A stretch of 64,000 nucleotides of DNA, from NCBI GenBank assembly GCA_900770925.1, contig CAAGLY010000016.1:4523-68522 (forward strand), written 5' to 3'. The stretch is from Bacilli bacterium (GTDB taxonomy: Bacteria > Bacillota_I > Bacilli_A > RFN20 > CAG-288). The position numbers and the translations under genes were made by a program. Of this stretch, positions 18,730 to 29,850 are shown piece by piece; the stretch's first letter is position 1, and every line of letters starts with the position of its first letter. The notes beneath the pieces are model-generated. The model worked only from the letters and a program-made list of their open reading frames with translations. It was not told the DNA's origin and searched no databases.

Positions 18730-19104
18730 TTACCTAGTTGCCTTCTTATGGTTGGCAACAGTCTTACGCGGACCCTTGCAGGTACGGGCATTGGTTTTAT
18801 CCCGCTGACCGCGGCACGGAAGCGAACGTTTATGGCGCTGTCCGCGATACGTTCCGATTTCCTCGAGACGTTTGATGTCTAAGGCAACCTGACGACGTAA
18901 ATCGCCTTCGACGACATATTTGGCAACTTCGGCACGGACGGCAGTGAGTTCTTCCTCAGAGCAGTCTTTGACGCGCTTAGTGCCATCGACTTTGGCATCG
19001 GCACAGATTTTCTTAGCTGTGGTTAATCCGATTCCGTAGATATAGCGGAGGGAATAAACAAGCTGTTTATCGTTTGGGATATCAACACCAGCAATACGAG
19101 CCAT
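18730..19104 (-). CDS. rpsM: 30S ribosomal protein S13
   Basis: [26 protein letters not shown].. signature. Confidence 0.95.
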   Translation of the reverse strand: MARIAGVDIPNDKQLVYSLRYIYGIGLTTAKKICADAKVDGTKRVKDCSEEELTAVRAEVAKYVVEGDLRRQVALDIKRLEEIGTYRGQRHKRSLPCRGQRDKTNARTCKGPRKTVANHKKATR

Positions 19105-19123
19105 ATTCCTATAGTCCTTTCTT

Positions 19124-19237
19124 TAACCCTGTCTCTGCTTATGTTTGGGATTAGAGCAGATGACCCTGACACGACCCTTACGTTTGATAACTCTGCATTT
19201 ATCGCAGATCGGCTTTACTGAAGCTCTGACTTTCATT
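19124..19237 (-). CDS. rpmJ: 50S ribosomal protein L36
   Basis: Manual translation: [37 protein letters not shown] (zinc ribbon). Not in the supplied ORF track. Confidence 0.9.
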
Positions 19238-19261
19238 GTGAGTTTCTCCTTTTCTTCTAAA

Positions 19262-19480
19262 CTACTTATACCGGTAGACTATTCTACCATTTGTGACATC
19301 ATACGGGGAGATTTCCACCGTAACTTTATCTCCGGGAAGAATACGGATCTTGTTCCTTCTCCTTTTTCCGGAAACCCTGGCACGGATGATGGCACCGCCT
19401 TCAAGCTGTACCGAGAACTTCTCTGCCGGCAGGTTTTCCAATACCCTGCCTTCCCTACGGATGAAATCTTCTCTGCTCAT
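19262..19480 (-). CDS. infA: Translation initiation factor IF-1
   Basis: 72-aa S1-like OB fold (..[28 protein letters not shown]). Confidence 0.95.
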   Translation of the reverse strand: MSREDFIRREGRVLENLPAEKFSVQLEGGAIIRARVSGKRRRNKIRILPGDKVTVEISPYDVTNGRIVYRYK

Positions 19481-20283
19481 GCAATCGTTCCTAACTCCTT
19501 TAAATGCTGTCGGACGTTTTCATCGACGGAAGTGATAATCGGACCGTTTTCGGTGATGATCACATCGTTTTCGTAATGGGCAGTCAGCTTTCCGTCTTTG
19601 CTGACCACTCCCCAAGAATCATTCAGGGTGATGATGTCACTTGCCCCTGACCTGACCCTTGGCTCAATCGCAATACACCTTCCGGGACGGAGGAACGGAC
19701 CTAGGCCCAGGGAGGAATCGTAGTAGTTGGGAATGAAGGGATCTTCATGCCTGCTTGTTCCGATACCATGGCCACCATACTCTTTGCAGAGGGAGTAGCC
19801 GTATTTATCGGCGGTCTTCTGGATAGCCATGGAAATCTCATAGAGATGATGGCCAGGGAGACAGACCTGATAAGCAGCATAGAAACATTCTTCGGTGCAG
19901 CGGATGAGCTTTTGCGCTTCATCGGAGATATTTCCAACGGGGAAGGTACGACAGGCATCGCCGTTATAGCCATTGCCATCGAGATTTCCCCTATCGACCG
20001 AGAGGATGTCGCCTTCCTTGAGAATCACGCTCTTAGAAGGAATTCCATGGATCAGGGTCGCGTTGACACTTGCACAGATTGCCCAGCGATAGCCGGGCTC
20101 AAGTGCGAAGTTCGGCTTACCGCCGGAGTCTTTGATCCAGTTCTCCACGAGCTTATTGAGCTCATAGGTGGAGCGTCCCGGACGGACTTCCCTGCGGAGA
20201 AGGTCGAAGATGTGGCCGAGTTTGTTCCCGGCCACAATCCTCTTCTTCCTTTCAGATTCAGATTTGATGGAAATCCTGCTCAT
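19477..20283 (-). CDS. map: Methionine aminopeptidase type I
   Basis: Pita-bread fold motifs ([11 protein letters not shown]..). Position between adk and infA. Confidence 0.9.
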   Translation of the reverse strand: MSRISIKSESERKKRIVAGNKLGHIFDLLRREVRPGRSTYELNKLVENWIKDSGGKPNFALEPGYRWAICASVNATLIHGIPSKSVILKEGDILSVDRGNLDGNGYNGDACRTFPVGNISDEAQKLIRCTEECFYAAYQVCLPGHHLYEISMAIQKTADKYGYSLCKEYGGHGIGTSRHEDPFIPNYYDSSLGLGPFLRPGRCIAIEPRVRSGASDIITLNDSWGVVSKDGKLTAHYENDVIITENGPIITSVDENVRQHLKELGTIA

Positions 20284-20957
20284 TTGACCAGAGCCTTTAA
20301 GGCGTCGACAACGTCTGAATAGACTTCATCGATTCCCTGTAAGGCATTGATTTCCTTCAAGACTCCCTTTTCCTTGTAGTAGGCAATGAGAGGGGAAGTC
20401 TGTTTTTCGTATGCCTGAAGACGGGTTTTGAAGCTATCTTCGCGATCATCGTCACGGTGAATGAGTTCACTATGGCAGCTATCGCAGATACCATCGACTA
20501 ATGGTTTCTTCGTCAGAAGGTTATAGCTAGCCCCGCATTTCGGGCAGACACGGCGGTTAACGATCCGTTTGGTGAGTTCTTCGTTGTCGGCAGTGAAGCA
20601 GATAACAGCATTGATGCTGCGTCCCTGTTTAGCAAGCCTATCCTGTAAGGCATCAGCCTGTTTGACTGTACGCGGGAATCCGTCAAGAAGGAAGCCTTCC
20701 TTGCAATCTTCCTGGCTAAGACGTTCTTTGACAAGGCCGATAGTGACTTCATCGGGAACGAGCTTTCCGGCATTGATGTAGGACTGAGCTTCTTTGCCAA
20801 GCTTCGTCTGGTTCTTGATGGCTTCGCGGAACCTGTCTCCGGTAGAGATGTGCGGAACTTTATAGTTCTTTACGATCAATTCGGACTGGGTTCCCTTTCC
20901 TGCAGCGGGCGGACCGAGCAGGATGATGTTCAGACCATGGTTCTTAACAGTTTCCAT
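20280..20957 (-). CDS. adk: Adenylate kinase
   Basis: P-loop GPPAAGKGTQ and lid zinc ligands CPKC..CDSC. Start taken at METVKNH (GGAGAG Shine-Dalgarno sequence) rather than the ORF-track start at 20993. Confidence 0.9.
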   Translation of the reverse strand: METVKNHGLNIILLGPPAAGKGTQSELIVKNYKVPHISTGDRFREAIKNQTKLGKEAQSYINAGKLVPDEVTIGLVKERLSQEDCKEGFLLDGFPRTVKQADALQDRLAKQGRSINAVICFTADNEELTKRIVNRRVCPKCGASYNLLTKKPLVDGICDSCHSELIHRDDDREDSFKTRLQAYEKQTSPLIAYYKEKGVLKEINALQGIDEVYSDVVDALKALVK

Positions 20958-20958
20958 T

Positions 20959-22305
20959 TTACAATTCACTCTCCGCGAATCCTTGACCGGCAAGGATACC
21001 GTTAATCTGATTATTGACTTCTAAGGCGACACCCACGACGATGATAAGTCCCGTTCCGCCTAAAGATAAGGAAGAAGGAACTGCACCGCTGAGGGAGAGG
21101 ATGACTGGCAGTAAGGCGATTGCCGTTAAGGCCAGAGAACCCCTGAACGTAATCCGGTTCAGAACCCGGGAAATGTACCTTTCGGTTTCCCTTCCGGGCT
21201 TGATGCCGGTGATGTAAGTGCCGCTAGTCTGGAAGTCCTCGGCGATTCGCTCTGGATTGATTTCCAGCTGCGCGTAGAAGTAAGAGAAGGCGATAATGAG
21301 AACCGCATAGATCATTGGTCCCCACGGGAAGGAGAAGTTATCTCCCCTCTTTGTCCTTGCCTGATAATTGAAGACCTCTTCGATTTTCTCTGCCCAAGCC
21401 GGCGGATTGCCGTTAGAGAAGAGAGAGACAAGAATGGAAGGAGCCATCCTGATACTCGAAGCGAAGATGACCGGCCTGACCGAAGAAGCATTGACCTTGA
21501 TAGGAAGGAAAGAAGACTGCTGAGAGTTTAATTCAGTGCTCTGACTCGTATTAGAGTGGCTGACCGGAAGCTTACGGATTGAGGATTCGATGAAGGTGAC
21601 GAACACGACAATCAGGAACCTGGCAAGCAGGTAGACGGCAAGACGGACGCTGCCTTCGAGGATTAAGGACGGGTCAGCAGAATCTAACGTTGAAGACGAA
21701 AGGTACTGCTTGAACGCCGAAGTAATCTGGGAAGGAAGCGAAGAGATAATACCGGCGAAAATCAACCTAGAGATACCGTTTCCGATACCCTTGTCGGTAA
21801 TCTGATCGCCCATCCAGGTAAGGATGAGGGAACCGGCAACCCTGAAGAGAATGACTTTCGTATAGCCCCAAGCGGACGAATCGAGAATCGTAATCGAATC
21901 AGAATTGTTCTTTAAGGCAACGATGATGCCATAAGCCTGGACTACGGCTAAGACAACCGAGAGCAGACGGGTGACCACGTCAATCTTCTTCCGGCCTGTT
22001 TCTCCTTCTTTTGTCCTCTGCGTTAAGGCAGGGAGGACATCCATCGAGAGAAGCTGGATGATAATCTGCGCAGTAATATACGGGGAGACGCCAAGAGCCA
22101 TTAACGAGAAGTTCTGCAGAGCGCCACCGCCCATCCTATTAAGAATAGAAAGGGCGTTGGTGGTATCTGAGAAGATGTCCTGATTCGTCTGAACTCCAGG
22201 CACAGTGATAGCCGATCCGATTCGGAAAACAAGGAAAATGGCAAAGGTAAAGAGAATACGATTGAGCAGATCCTTGTTATGGAAAAATGCGGCTACCTTT
22301 TTCAT
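20959..22305 (-). CDS. secY: Preprotein translocase SecY
   Basis: 448-aa ten-TM protein between rplO and adk. Confidence 0.95.
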   Translation of the reverse strand: MKKVAAFFHNKDLLNRILFTFAIFLVFRIGSAITVPGVQTNQDIFSDTTNALSILNRMGGGALQNFSLMALGVSPYITAQIIIQLLSMDVLPALTQRTKEGETGRKKIDVVTRLLSVVLAVVQAYGIIVALKNNSDSITILDSSAWGYTKVILFRVAGSLILTWMGDQITDKGIGNGISRLIFAGIISSLPSQITSAFKQYLSSSTLDSADPSLILEGSVRLAVYLLARFLIVVFVTFIESSIRKLPVSHSNTSQSTELNSQQSSFLPIKVNASSVRPVIFASSIRMAPSILVSLFSNGNPPAWAEKIEEVFNYQARTKRGDNFSFPWGPMIYAVLIIAFSYFYAQLEINPERIAEDFQTSGTYITGIKPGRETERYISRVLNRITFRGSLALTAIALLPVILSLSGAVPSSLSLGGTGLIIVVGVALEVNNQINGILAGQGFAESEL

Positions 22306-22820
22306 TACTTATCCTCTTCGACGGCCTTTTCTGCCAAGTCGTTGAGGGATTTGTGGAAGGCGACGCGGGCGTCTTTTAACGTCTCGACCTCTGCCTTTCC
22401 ACCAGCCTTTTCAATGGCGGCTTTGGCGGATTTGGTAAAGCCCTGAACCTTGACATTGAGCTTCTTGGTGAGCTCTCCGGTTCCGACAATCTTAACCGGC
22501 TTGTTGAGATTCCGGATAAGACCAGCGAAAACTAAGGAAGTCAGAGTGACAGTAGCTTCATTCTCGAAGCCCTCTAAATCAGAAAGCTTGAGGATGGTAT
22601 AGTCGACACGGCCATAGTTGGTGAAGCCATGTTTAGGAACACGGCGGAATAAAGGCAGCTGACCGCCTTCGAATCCGACCGGAACCTTGCGTCCCTGACG
22701 GGCGCCCTGACCTTTGACACCGCGGGTAGAGGTCTTGCCCCTTCCGGAGCCGATACCCTGACCGACACGTTTGGGAAGGTGACGGGAACCTTTGGCAATT
22801 TTTAACGATCCTAACTCCAT
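22305..22820 (-). CDS. rplO: 50S ribosomal protein L15
   Basis: MELGSLKIAKGSRHLPKRVGQGIGSGRGKTSTRG.. signature. Confidence 0.95.
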   Translation of the reverse strand: MELGSLKIAKGSRHLPKRVGQGIGSGRGKTSTRGVKGQGARQGRKVPVGFEGGQLPLFRRVPKHGFTNYGRVDYTILKLSDLEGFENEATVTLTSLVFAGLIRNLNKPVKIVGTGELTKKLNVKVQGFTKSAKAAIEKAGGKAEVETLKDARVAFHKSLNDLAEKAVEEDK

Positions 22821-22834
22821 TGGTCCTTCCTCCT

Positions 22835-23521
22835 TTACTTGGCTTCTTTCTCGGCCTCAGCCTTTTCGGCTTTGACCTCCGGCTTCTTTCCGAAGCGGGC
22901 GAGCTGAACTCCTTCGAAGGACTTCAGCTGAAGCAGACCATCGACAGTAGCCTTGATGACGTTGGCCTGAGAACGGGCTCCATAAGTCTTGGAGTAGACG
23001 TTCTTGATACCAGCTAACTCAAGGACGGCACGGACAGCACCGCCGGCGACAAGTCCGGTACCTTCCGGTGCAGGTTTGAGGAAAACCTCAGTAGCACCGA
23101 AATGGCCCCTGACCGAATGGGCGATGGAGTGGTTCTTGGCGATTTCCCTCTTCCGGACATTCCGGCGGGCAGCGCTAAGAGCCTTCTTGATGGCATCCGG
23201 GACTTCGTTGGATTTGCCAAGTCCGTAGCCATATTTTCCTTTTCCGTCACCGATGACGACAAGGGCAGTGAAGCGGACACGTTTTCCGCCTTTGACAACC
23301 TTGGCGACGCGGGAGATCTTGACGACTTTCTCGTCATAGATCTTTTCCCTCGGACGACGGCCTCCGCGGCCATTGCCACGGGAGAAACGGCGACCGCCCT
23401 GGGCGGAACGGCCTTTGAAGCCGTTTCCTTTACCCTGAGCAGCAGACTGATCAGCAGACTTTGCTTCAGCCTTGACCTCGGCCTGAACCGGGGCGACGTT
23501 GTTCTTCTGTTCTTCTGCCAT
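22835..23521 (-). CDS. rpsE: 30S ribosomal protein S5 with N- and C-terminal low-complexity extensions
   Basis: Core ..VVKISRVAKVVKGGKRVRFTALVVIGDG.. is flanked by an N-terminal extension of about 55 aa and a C-terminal extension of about 25 aa, both K/A/E-rich. Confidence 0.9.
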   Translation of the reverse strand: MAEEQKNNVAPVQAEVKAEAKSADQSAAQGKGNGFKGRSAQGGRRFSRGNGRGGRRPREKIYDEKVVKISRVAKVVKGGKRVRFTALVVIGDGKGKYGYGLGKSNEVPDAIKKALSAARRNVRKREIAKNHSIAHSVRGHFGATEVFLKPAPEGTGLVAGGAVRAVLELAGIKNVYSKTYGARSQANVIKATVDGLLQLKSFEGVQLARFGKKPEVKAEKAEAEKEAK

Positions 23522-23534
23522 GATAATCCTCTTT

Positions 23535-23891
23535 CTAGAAGGCTAAACCGCCTTTGCGGCAAGCCTCGGCCAGAGCTTTGACCTGGCCATGATACAGATA
23601 GCCGGAACGATCGAAGACAGCTTTAGCAATCTTCAGTTCAGCAGCTTTCTTAGCTAAATCAGCGCCGACTGCTTCGGCAGCTGCGACATTAGACGGATTG
23701 TCTAAGCCGAGCTTGGCGGAAGTAGAGGAAGCTAAGGTGACGCCTTTCTCATCATCGATTAAAGCAGCATAGATGAACTTGTTGGAACGATAGACGGAAA
23801 TACGGGGGCAGGCAGCCGTACCGGAAATCTTGGCACGGATGCGGACATGACGATGTAAACGCTGTTTGTTCTTGTTGAATGTAGTGTACAT
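23535..23891 (-). CDS. rplR: 50S ribosomal protein L18
   Basis: ..[28 protein letters not shown]... Confidence 0.9.
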   Translation of the reverse strand: MYTTFNKNKQRLHRHVRIRAKISGTAACPRISVYRSNKFIYAALIDDEKGVTLASSTSAKLGLDNPSNVAAAEAVGADLAKKAAELKIAKAVFDRSGYLYHGQVKALAEACRKGGLAF

Positions 23892-23906
23892 GTTTTACCC
23901 TCCCAA

Positions 23907-24464
23907 TTAGGCAGCAGCCGCCGTCTTCTTGGCGCTGGCCGGTGCACGTAATGTAACGACTTCGTCTTTGTAGCGGATGCCTTTGCCGTGGTAGCATTCC
24001 GGTTTGCGTAATGCACGGATAACGGCGGCCTGCTGTCCGACTAACTGCTTATCGATACCTTCGACGATGATTTCTAAGGTCTTGGTATTGATGGAGATCT
24101 TGACTCCTTCAATCGGCTTGACCACATCTTCGTGGCTGCGTCCGAGGTGGAGGACAAGGTCAGTTCCGCGCCTTTCAGCACGATAGCCGACGCCTTTGAT
24201 GACTAAGATCTTGGTGAAGCCCTTGGTGACACCTTCGACCATTCCGTTGATGACAGAACGGGCAGTGCCGTGGTTCCTCTTCCTGACGATAGCATCAGAA
24301 GGACGTTTGCAGAAGAACTTTCCGTCTTTCTCTTCGAACGTGATGTGCGGATTGAATTTCTTAGTAAGTGTGCCCTTAGGTCCCTTGACGGTGACTTCAC
24401 TTCCAGTGAAGGAAATGGTGACACCCTCCGGGATGGCAATAGGTTCTCTTCCGATACGAGACAT
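23907..24464 (-). CDS. rplF: 50S ribosomal protein L6
   Basis: Start set at MSRIGREPIAIPEG with GGAGG Shine-Dalgarno sequence; the ORF track extends 33 codons further upstream. Confidence 0.9.
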   Translation of the reverse strand: MSRIGREPIAIPEGVTISFTGSEVTVKGPKGTLTKKFNPHITFEEKDGKFFCKRPSDAIVRKRNHGTARSVINGMVEGVTKGFTKILVIKGVGYRAERRGTDLVLHLGRSHEDVVKPIEGVKISINTKTLEIIVEGIDKQLVGQQAAVIRALRKPECYHGKGIRYKDEVVTLRAPASAKKTAAAA

Positions 24465-24477
24465 TATCCTATCCTCC

Positions 24478-24879
24478 TTACCAGACGATGGCGATGACTT
24501 CGCCACCGACATTGAGCTTGCGGGCCTGCTTATCGGTCCTGACGCCCTTAGACGTAGAAACAATAGCGATGCCTAAGCCGTTTAAGACTCTCGGAAGCTC
24601 ATCGACAGAAGCCGTGACGCGGAGACCCGGTTTGGAGATTTCCTTGATACCGGAGATGATACGATTTCCCTTAGAATCATATTTAAGAGTAATCGTAAGT
24701 TCCTTGTACGGTTTTCCTTCTAACGGATGAACATCGTAGGAAACGATGAATCCTTCGTTCTTCAGGATAGCAGCAATCTGCTCGCCCCTCTTAAAATAAG
24801 GAAGAGAGATGGTGCTGTTCTTGCTTAAATTAGCGTTGCGGATACGAGTTAAGAGATCCGCGATAGAATCATTGACCAT
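24478..24879 (-). CDS. rpsH: 30S ribosomal protein S8
   Basis: MVNDSIADLLTRIRNA.. signature. Confidence 0.95.
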   Translation of the reverse strand: MVNDSIADLLTRIRNANLSKNSTISLPYFKRGEQIAAILKNEGFIVSYDVHPLEGKPYKELTITLKYDSKGNRIISGIKEISKPGLRVTASVDELPRVLNGLGIAIVSTSKGVRTDKQARKLNVGGEVIAIVW

Positions 24880-24894
24880 TTTGATCTCCTTTCC

Positions 24895-25083
24895 TTACCA
24901 GGAAGACTTATGCCTTCCGGGGATTTCGCCCTTATAGGCCATTTCACGCAGACAGATACGGCATAAGCCGAACTGACGCAGATAGCCGTGGACACGGCCA
25001 CAGCGAGAGCAACGGTGGTAATTCTGGGTCTTCGGGAATTTCTTCGGACCAGCGCATTTCACTTCAAGTGCTTTACGTGCCAT
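24895..25083 (-). CDS. rpsN: 30S ribosomal protein S14, zinc-binding type Z
   Basis: 62 aa with CSRCGR..CRIC zinc ribbon. Confidence 0.9.
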   Translation of the reverse strand: MARKALEVKCAGPKKFPKTQNYHRCSRCGRVHGYLRQFGLCRICLREMAYKGEIPGRHKSSW

Positions 25084-25094
25084 GATTCTGCCTC

Positions 25095-25706
25095 CTATTT
25101 CTTGAACGGCCTGCCGAGCTTTTCAAGCAGGGCATAAGCCTCTTTATCGGTCTTAGCAGTCGTAACAATGATGACATCCCTGCCCTGAGTACGGGTAACC
25201 TTGTCGTACTGGATCTCAGGGAAGATCAGCTGTTCCTTGACACCGGTGGAATAGTTTCCGCGGCCATCGAAGGAATCTTTGCTGATACCGCGGAAGTCGC
25301 GGACACGCGGAAGATCGATAGAAACGAATTTGTCTAAGAAGTCATACCTGCGGGTGCGACGAAGGGTAACCTTGACACCGACAGCATCGCCTTCACGAAG
25401 CTTGAAGTTAGCAATAGCTTTCTTGGCTTTGGTGACGACCGGATGCTGACCAGCAATGATGGTCCTCTCGTTGACAGCCTCTTCGACAGACTTCTCGTTA
25501 TGTCCGGCTTCGCCAAGACGCCTGTTAAGGATGATCTTGACAAGTTTCGGGCATTCCATTACGGAAGAGTAGCCGAATTCCTTCCTTAAGGCAGGAACGA
25601 CTTCCTCTTCATAGGTCTTCTGAAGGCGGGAGACAATCTTGGCCTTCTGATTTCCCTGGTTGTGGGCTTTTTTAACGGACACGCCGTTTTTCTTTTCTTC
25701 AGCCAT
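25095..25706 (-). CDS. rplE: 50S ribosomal protein L5
   Basis: L5 core with an N-terminal extension of about 20 aa. Confidence 0.9.
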   Translation of the reverse strand: MAEEKKNGVSVKKAHNQGNQKAKIVSRLQKTYEEEVVPALRKEFGYSSVMECPKLVKIILNRRLGEAGHNEKSVEEAVNERTIIAGQHPVVTKAKKAIANFKLREGDAVGVKVTLRRTRRYDFLDKFVSIDLPRVRDFRGISKDSFDGRGNYSTGVKEQLIFPEIQYDKVTRTQGRDVIIVTTAKTDKEAYALLEKLGRPFKK

Positions 25707-25717
25707 GGTTCTCCTCC

Positions 25718-26029
25718 TTACTTGATGATTTCGCCGGATTTCTTGGCGATACGAACCTTCTTGCCATCCTTGTCGGCCTTATAGGCGACCTTGGTGGCTT
25801 TCTTTGTCTTAGGGTCTAAGATAGCGACCTTGCTGACGTGGATCGGAAGGGTGACATCCTTGATGGAACCCTTAGGAGCTCCCTGAGTCGGCTTGACGTG
25901 TTTCTTATTGACGTTGACACCTTCGACAACAACTTTCTCTTCCTTCGGAAGAGCTTTGACGACCTTGCCGGTCTTTCCCTTATCATCGCCGGAAATGACG
26001 ATGACGGTATCTCCAGTTTTAATTTTCAT
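25718..26029 (-). CDS. rplX: 50S ribosomal protein L24
   Basis: KOW motif. Start set at MKIKTGDTV with GGAGG Shine-Dalgarno sequence 8 nt upstream; the ORF track starts 5 codons earlier. Confidence 0.9.
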   Translation of the reverse strand: MKIKTGDTVIVISGDDKGKTGKVVKALPKEEKVVVEGVNVNKKHVKPTQGAPKGSIKDVTLPIHVSKVAILDPKTKKATKVAYKADKDGKKVRIAKKSGEIIK

Positions 26030-26047
26030 TCGATAGACCTCCAAGGA

Positions 26048-26422
26048 TTACAGAACTTCGACCGCCAGAGAGACGATCTTCCTGTATTTGTCGCCCTTCT
26101 CACGAAGTTCACGGGCGACAGGTCCGAAGACACGGGTGCCCTTCGGAGTGCCATCATCGTTGATCAGGACAACCGCATTATCATCGAACTTGATGGTGGA
26201 ACCATCACGGCGCTGATAAGCTTTCTTGACACGGACGATAACGCCCTTGACGACATCGGACTTCTTGACTTTGCCATTCGGAATAGCATTCTTGACCGCA
26301 CAGATGACAACATCTCCGACGGTGGCATTGCGACGGAAAGAACCGCCGAGCCTGCGGAAGACGCGGACAGAGGTTGCGCCGGAGTTATCGGCGACAACAA
26401 GGTTAGTTTCGTTCTGAACCAT
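26048..26422 (-). CDS. rplN: 50S ribosomal protein L14
   Basis: [16 protein letters not shown].. signature. Confidence 0.95.
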   Translation of the reverse strand: MVQNETNLVVADNSGATSVRVFRRLGGSFRRNATVGDVVICAVKNAIPNGKVKKSDVVKGVIVRVKKAYQRRDGSTIKFDDNAVVLINDDGTPKGTRVFGPVARELREKGDKYRKIVSLAVEVL

Positions 26423-26425
26423 ACA

Positions 26426-26704
26426 CTATTCTCCCTTCTTGACGATTTCGACTAAGCGGAAGCGTTTGTCGTGGGAAAGCGGACGGCATTCCTCGAAGAT
26501 AACGACATCTCCGACCTTAGCGGCATCGTTACGGTCATCGACCTTGTAACGTTTGCGGACAGAAACACGTTTGTTGTAGATCGGATGAGCCTTATAGTTC
26601 TCGGTTTCGACAACAATGGTCTTCTGCCTCTTGTGAGAGACGACAACGCCCTGTAAGCGACGTTTGTGAGAGGCCTCAATGACCTGTTTCATTTCTTCAG
26701 CCAT
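26426..26704 (-). CDS. rpsQ: 30S ribosomal protein S17
   Basis: 92-aa OB-fold protein between rpmC and rplN. Confidence 0.9.
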   Translation of the reverse strand: MAEEMKQVIEASHKRRLQGVVVSHKRQKTIVVETENYKAHPIYNKRVSVRKRYKVDDRNDAAKVGDVVIFEECRPLSHDKRFRLVEIVKKGE

Positions 26705-26722
26705 GATTCGATAGCCTCCTTA

Positions 26723-26941
26723 TTACTTAGCTTCTGCAGCCTTTTCTGCAGCAGCTTTCTTACGCTCGTTCTCGACCGTCAGAAGACGGGCGATGTCCTT
26801 GCGGCAGGCGCTGATCTTAGCGCCGTTGTCTAACTGACCGGCTTTAGCCTGGAACCGGAGGGTGAGAAGCTCACCTTTCAGCTCATAGACCTTAGAAGCG
26901 AGGTCTTTGTCAGATAATTTGCGAACATCTTCAATGGTCAT
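26723..26941 (-). CDS. rpmC: 50S ribosomal protein L29
   Basis: 72 aa, helical, between rplP and rpsQ. Confidence 0.85.
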   Translation of the reverse strand: MTIEDVRKLSDKDLASKVYELKGELLTLRFQAKAGQLDNGAKISACRKDIARLLTVENERKKAAAEKAAEAK

Positions 26942-27360
26942 TATTTGTTTTCCTCGCCTTTCTTGACAACGCGGGACTGGACAGAGAGCTTATAGCCAGC
27001 CTGATGTAAGGCCTCTTTGCAATCTGCTTCCGAAATTCCGCCGATTTCCATCCTGATTGTACCAGGTTCGACAATAGCGAACCAGCCGTTGACGTCACCT
27101 TTACCGGCACCCATACGGACCTCAGCAGGTTTCTTGGTGATGCCGACATCCGGGAAGACACGGATATAGGCCTTACCGGTCTTCTTCGTGAAACGGGATA
27201 AGACAACACGGGCTGCTTCGAGCTGACGGTTGGAAAGGTATCCGCCCTGGGTGGCCCTTAATCCATATTCGCCGAAGGCGACCGTAACAAGACGGCTGGC
27301 CTTTGCTTTAGGACGGACCAAGTGGTTACGACGCCACTTTGTTCTTTTTGGCTGTAACAT
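26941..27360 (-). CDS. rplP: 50S ribosomal protein L16
   Basis: [11 protein letters not shown].. signature. Confidence 0.95.
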   Translation of the reverse strand: MLQPKRTKWRRNHLVRPKAKASRLVTVAFGEYGLRATQGGYLSNRQLEAARVVLSRFTKKTGKAYIRVFPDVGITKKPAEVRMGAGKGDVNGWFAIVEPGTIRMEIGGISEADCKEALHQAGYKLSVQSRVVKKGEENK

Positions 27361-27363
27361 GGC

Positions 27364-28164
27364 TTATTCTCCTTTCTTAGCGCCTTCATCCTTCTCTGCA
27401 TTCGGCGTGACAGCCGGAGCAGCAGTCGGACGGGAAGGACGGGAAGAATTGTTCGGACGGCGGCCATTGAAACGGCCACGGCCGAAGCGTCCGGTCTCTT
27501 CCGGACGACGTTCCCGGAGTTCTTTATAGTTATCCGGGAGAGCAATCCAGACCTTGACACCGATGACACCATAGGTGGTATGGGCCGGATAGTAAGCATA
27601 ATCGATAGGCTGACGGAGAGTGTGGAGAGAGAGAACACCTTCACGGTATTCTTCGTAACGGGCGATTTCGGCACCGCCGATACGTCCCTTAGTCCTCGTC
27701 TTGCAGCCTTTGGCACCAGCATGCCTGACGCGCTGGATGGCCTTCTTCTGAACAACACGGTAGGAACCGCGCTCTTCGAGCTGATGGGCGATGTCCTTAG
27801 CAACAAGCCTAGCGTCTAAGTCAGGATTCTTGACTTCAACGATGCTGACTTCAATGTTTTTAGGATCCTTGTTGAGAATCTTGACAAGGTTCTTCTTGAT
27901 TGCGTTGATCTGAGCAGAATCGGTGCCGATGACAAGAGCCGGCTGGGAAGCGAAGATGGAGATCTTAATGCTGTTCTTGATACGTTCGATATCGATGTGG
28001 CTGAGACCGGCCTTGATGCCGTCTAAGAGCGGTTCAAGGTAATTACGGATCAGGATATCTTCGTGAAGATACTTCGGGAAGGTTTTCTTATCCGCACACC
28101 AGTGACTAGACCAGTCACGGTTAATGCCCAAACGTAAGCCGTTCGGATTTACTTTCTGACCCAT
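27364..28164 (-). CDS. rpsC: 30S ribosomal protein S3 with a G/R/P-rich C-terminal extension
   Basis: KH domain plus S3 C-terminal domain, then a tail of about 45 aa (GRFGRGRFNGRRPNNSSRPSRP..). Confidence 0.9.
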   Translation of the reverse strand: MGQKVNPNGLRLGINRDWSSHWCADKKTFPKYLHEDILIRNYLEPLLDGIKAGLSHIDIERIKNSIKISIFASQPALVIGTDSAQINAIKKNLVKILNKDPKNIEVSIVEVKNPDLDARLVAKDIAHQLEERGSYRVVQKKAIQRVRHAGAKGCKTRTKGRIGGAEIARYEEYREGVLSLHTLRQPIDYAYYPAHTTYGVIGVKVWIALPDNYKELRERRPEETGRFGRGRFNGRRPNNSSRPSRPTAAPAVTPNAEKDEGAKKGE

Positions 28165-28166
28165 GA

Positions 28167-28670
28167 TTACTTGGCCTCCTTATTTTTCAGCGTGACGAAG
28201 ACATGCGACCAGCGTTTGATCAAGCCGGAAGCAGAACCCTTTGCACGGGGAAGCCTGCGTTTAAGCTTGACGGCATCGTTAGCAGTGATGCTGGCGATGT
28301 AGAGGGTATCAGGATTCCTCTTGAAGTTGTTGACGGCGTTAGCCTCAGCGGACTGAATGAGTTTCTTGATATCCCGGGCGCACCTCTTCGGGCAGTTGTC
28401 TAAGATGGCATAGGCAGTGTCGAGGTCCTTGCCGCGGACAAGGTCAATGACTAAGCGGACTTTGCGGGGAGTGACGCCATAGTTGATGAGCTTGGCAGAA
28501 GCTTCGGTAGCCTTCGGGGCTTCCTTGACTTCTTCCTTCTTCTCTTCTTTGGCAGTTTCCTTGACCGCTTTAGCCTTAGTGGCCTTAACAGCAGTTTTCT
28601 TCGGAGCAGCTTTCTTGCTCTTCGGAGCTTTTTCTTCAGCAGTTACGGTTTTCTTTTCTTCAGTAGCCAT
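28167..28670 (-). CDS. rplV: 50S ribosomal protein L22 with a K/A/E-rich N-terminal extension
   Basis: Core ..GVTPRKVRLVIDLVRGK.. is preceded by an N-terminal extension of about 55 aa. GGAG Shine-Dalgarno sequence at the annotated ATG. Confidence 0.9.
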   Translation of the reverse strand: MATEEKKTVTAEEKAPKSKKAAPKKTAVKATKAKAVKETAKEEKKEEVKEAPKATEASAKLINYGVTPRKVRLVIDLVRGKDLDTAYAILDNCPKRCARDIKKLIQSAEANAVNNFKRNPDTLYIASITANDAVKLKRRLPRAKGSASGLIKRWSHVFVTLKNKEAK

Positions 28671-28681
28671 AATTGATCTCC

Positions 28682-28975
28682 TTACTTGGCGGCCTTCGTC
28701 GTGGCATCGGCGTCATCGCCGGAACGGTGATGGGTGAAGGTACGGGTGAAGACGAATTCGCCTAACTTATGGCCGACCCTGTCTTCGGTGATGTAGACCG
28801 GAACAAACGCATGTCCGTTATGGACAGAAAGAGTATGTCCGATGAAATCAGGGAAGATGGCGGAACGGCGAGACCAGGTCTTGATGACCTCTTTCTTGCC
28901 GGCTTTGTTCTGCTCCTGGATCTTTTTGAGGAGCTTAGGATCGCAATACGGTCCTTTCTTTAAACTACGAGACAT
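28682..28975 (-). CDS. rpsS: 30S ribosomal protein S19
   Basis: [12 protein letters not shown].. signature. Confidence 0.95.
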   Translation of the reverse strand: MSRSLKKGPYCDPKLLKKIQEQNKAGKKEVIKTWSRRSAIFPDFIGHTLSVHNGHAFVPVYITEDRVGHKLGEFVFTRTFTHHRSGDDADATTKAAK

Positions 28976-28994
28976 GATGAATCACTCCTCCTAT

Positions 28995-29825
28995 TTACTT
29001 GCCATTGCGGCGACGGACAATCAGACGATTGCTCGGTTTCTTCTTAGCACGGGTCTTGACACCCCTTAAGCGGCGACCCCACGGAGAACGCGGAGCATCG
29101 TAGCCGACAGGGCACTTACCCTCACCACCGCCATGCGGATGGTCGTTCGGGTTCCTTGCAGAACCACGGACAGTCGGACGCTCGCCGAGCCAACGGGTAC
29201 GGCCGGCTTTTCCTAAGCTGACCAGGTTGAAGTCTTCATTACCGACCATGCCGATAGTAGCACGGCAGGTAGACCTGAACTTACGGACTTCGCCGGAAGC
29301 AAGACGTAAAGTGACATACTTGCCTTCACGGCCTAAGATCTGTGCGCCAGTACCGGCAGCACGGCAGACCTGTCCGCCTTTGCCAGGCTCAAGCTCGACG
29401 TTGTGAACCCTGAGACCTTCGGGGATATTTCCGAGTTCCCTGCAGTTTCCGGTTTCAATCTCGCCGATCTTACCATCGGTAACAGTGGCACCGACAGCTA
29501 AGCCTTTCGGGCAGATAATGTAACGTTTCTTTCCGTTTTCGTTCTGGATAAGAGCGATACGGCAGTTACGGTTCGGATCGTATTCGATAGCTAAGACAGT
29601 AGCCTTAGCTTCTCCGGAACGCTTGAAGTCGACTAAACGGTACCTGCGTTTGTTTCCGCCGCCGATGTGACGGCAGGTGATGTAACCCTGATTGTTGCGT
29701 CCGCCGGTCTTCTTTAAGGGGCGGAGTAAAGCTTTTTCAGGAGTCTGTTTGGTGATATCCTTCGTGGAAAGGGTAGATAAATTACGCCTTCCAGGAGTCA
29801 CCGGATGATATGATTTGATTGCCAT
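28995..29825 (-). CDS. rplB: 50S ribosomal protein L2
   Basis: 276 aa with ..[10 protein letters not shown].. and ..[12 protein letters not shown]... Confidence 0.95.
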   Translation of the reverse strand: MAIKSYHPVTPGRRNLSTLSTKDITKQTPEKALLRPLKKTGGRNNQGYITCRHIGGGNKRRYRLVDFKRSGEAKATVLAIEYDPNRNCRIALIQNENGKKRYIICPKGLAVGATVTDGKIGEIETGNCRELGNIPEGLRVHNVELEPGKGGQVCRAAGTGAQILGREGKYVTLRLASGEVRKFRSTCRATIGMVGNEDFNLVSLGKAGRTRWLGERPTVRGSARNPNDHPHGGGEGKCPVGYDAPRSPWGRRLRGVKTRAKKKPSNRLIVRRRNGK

Positions 29826-29850
29826 AGTAATCTCCTATAATTTGCTTTCC

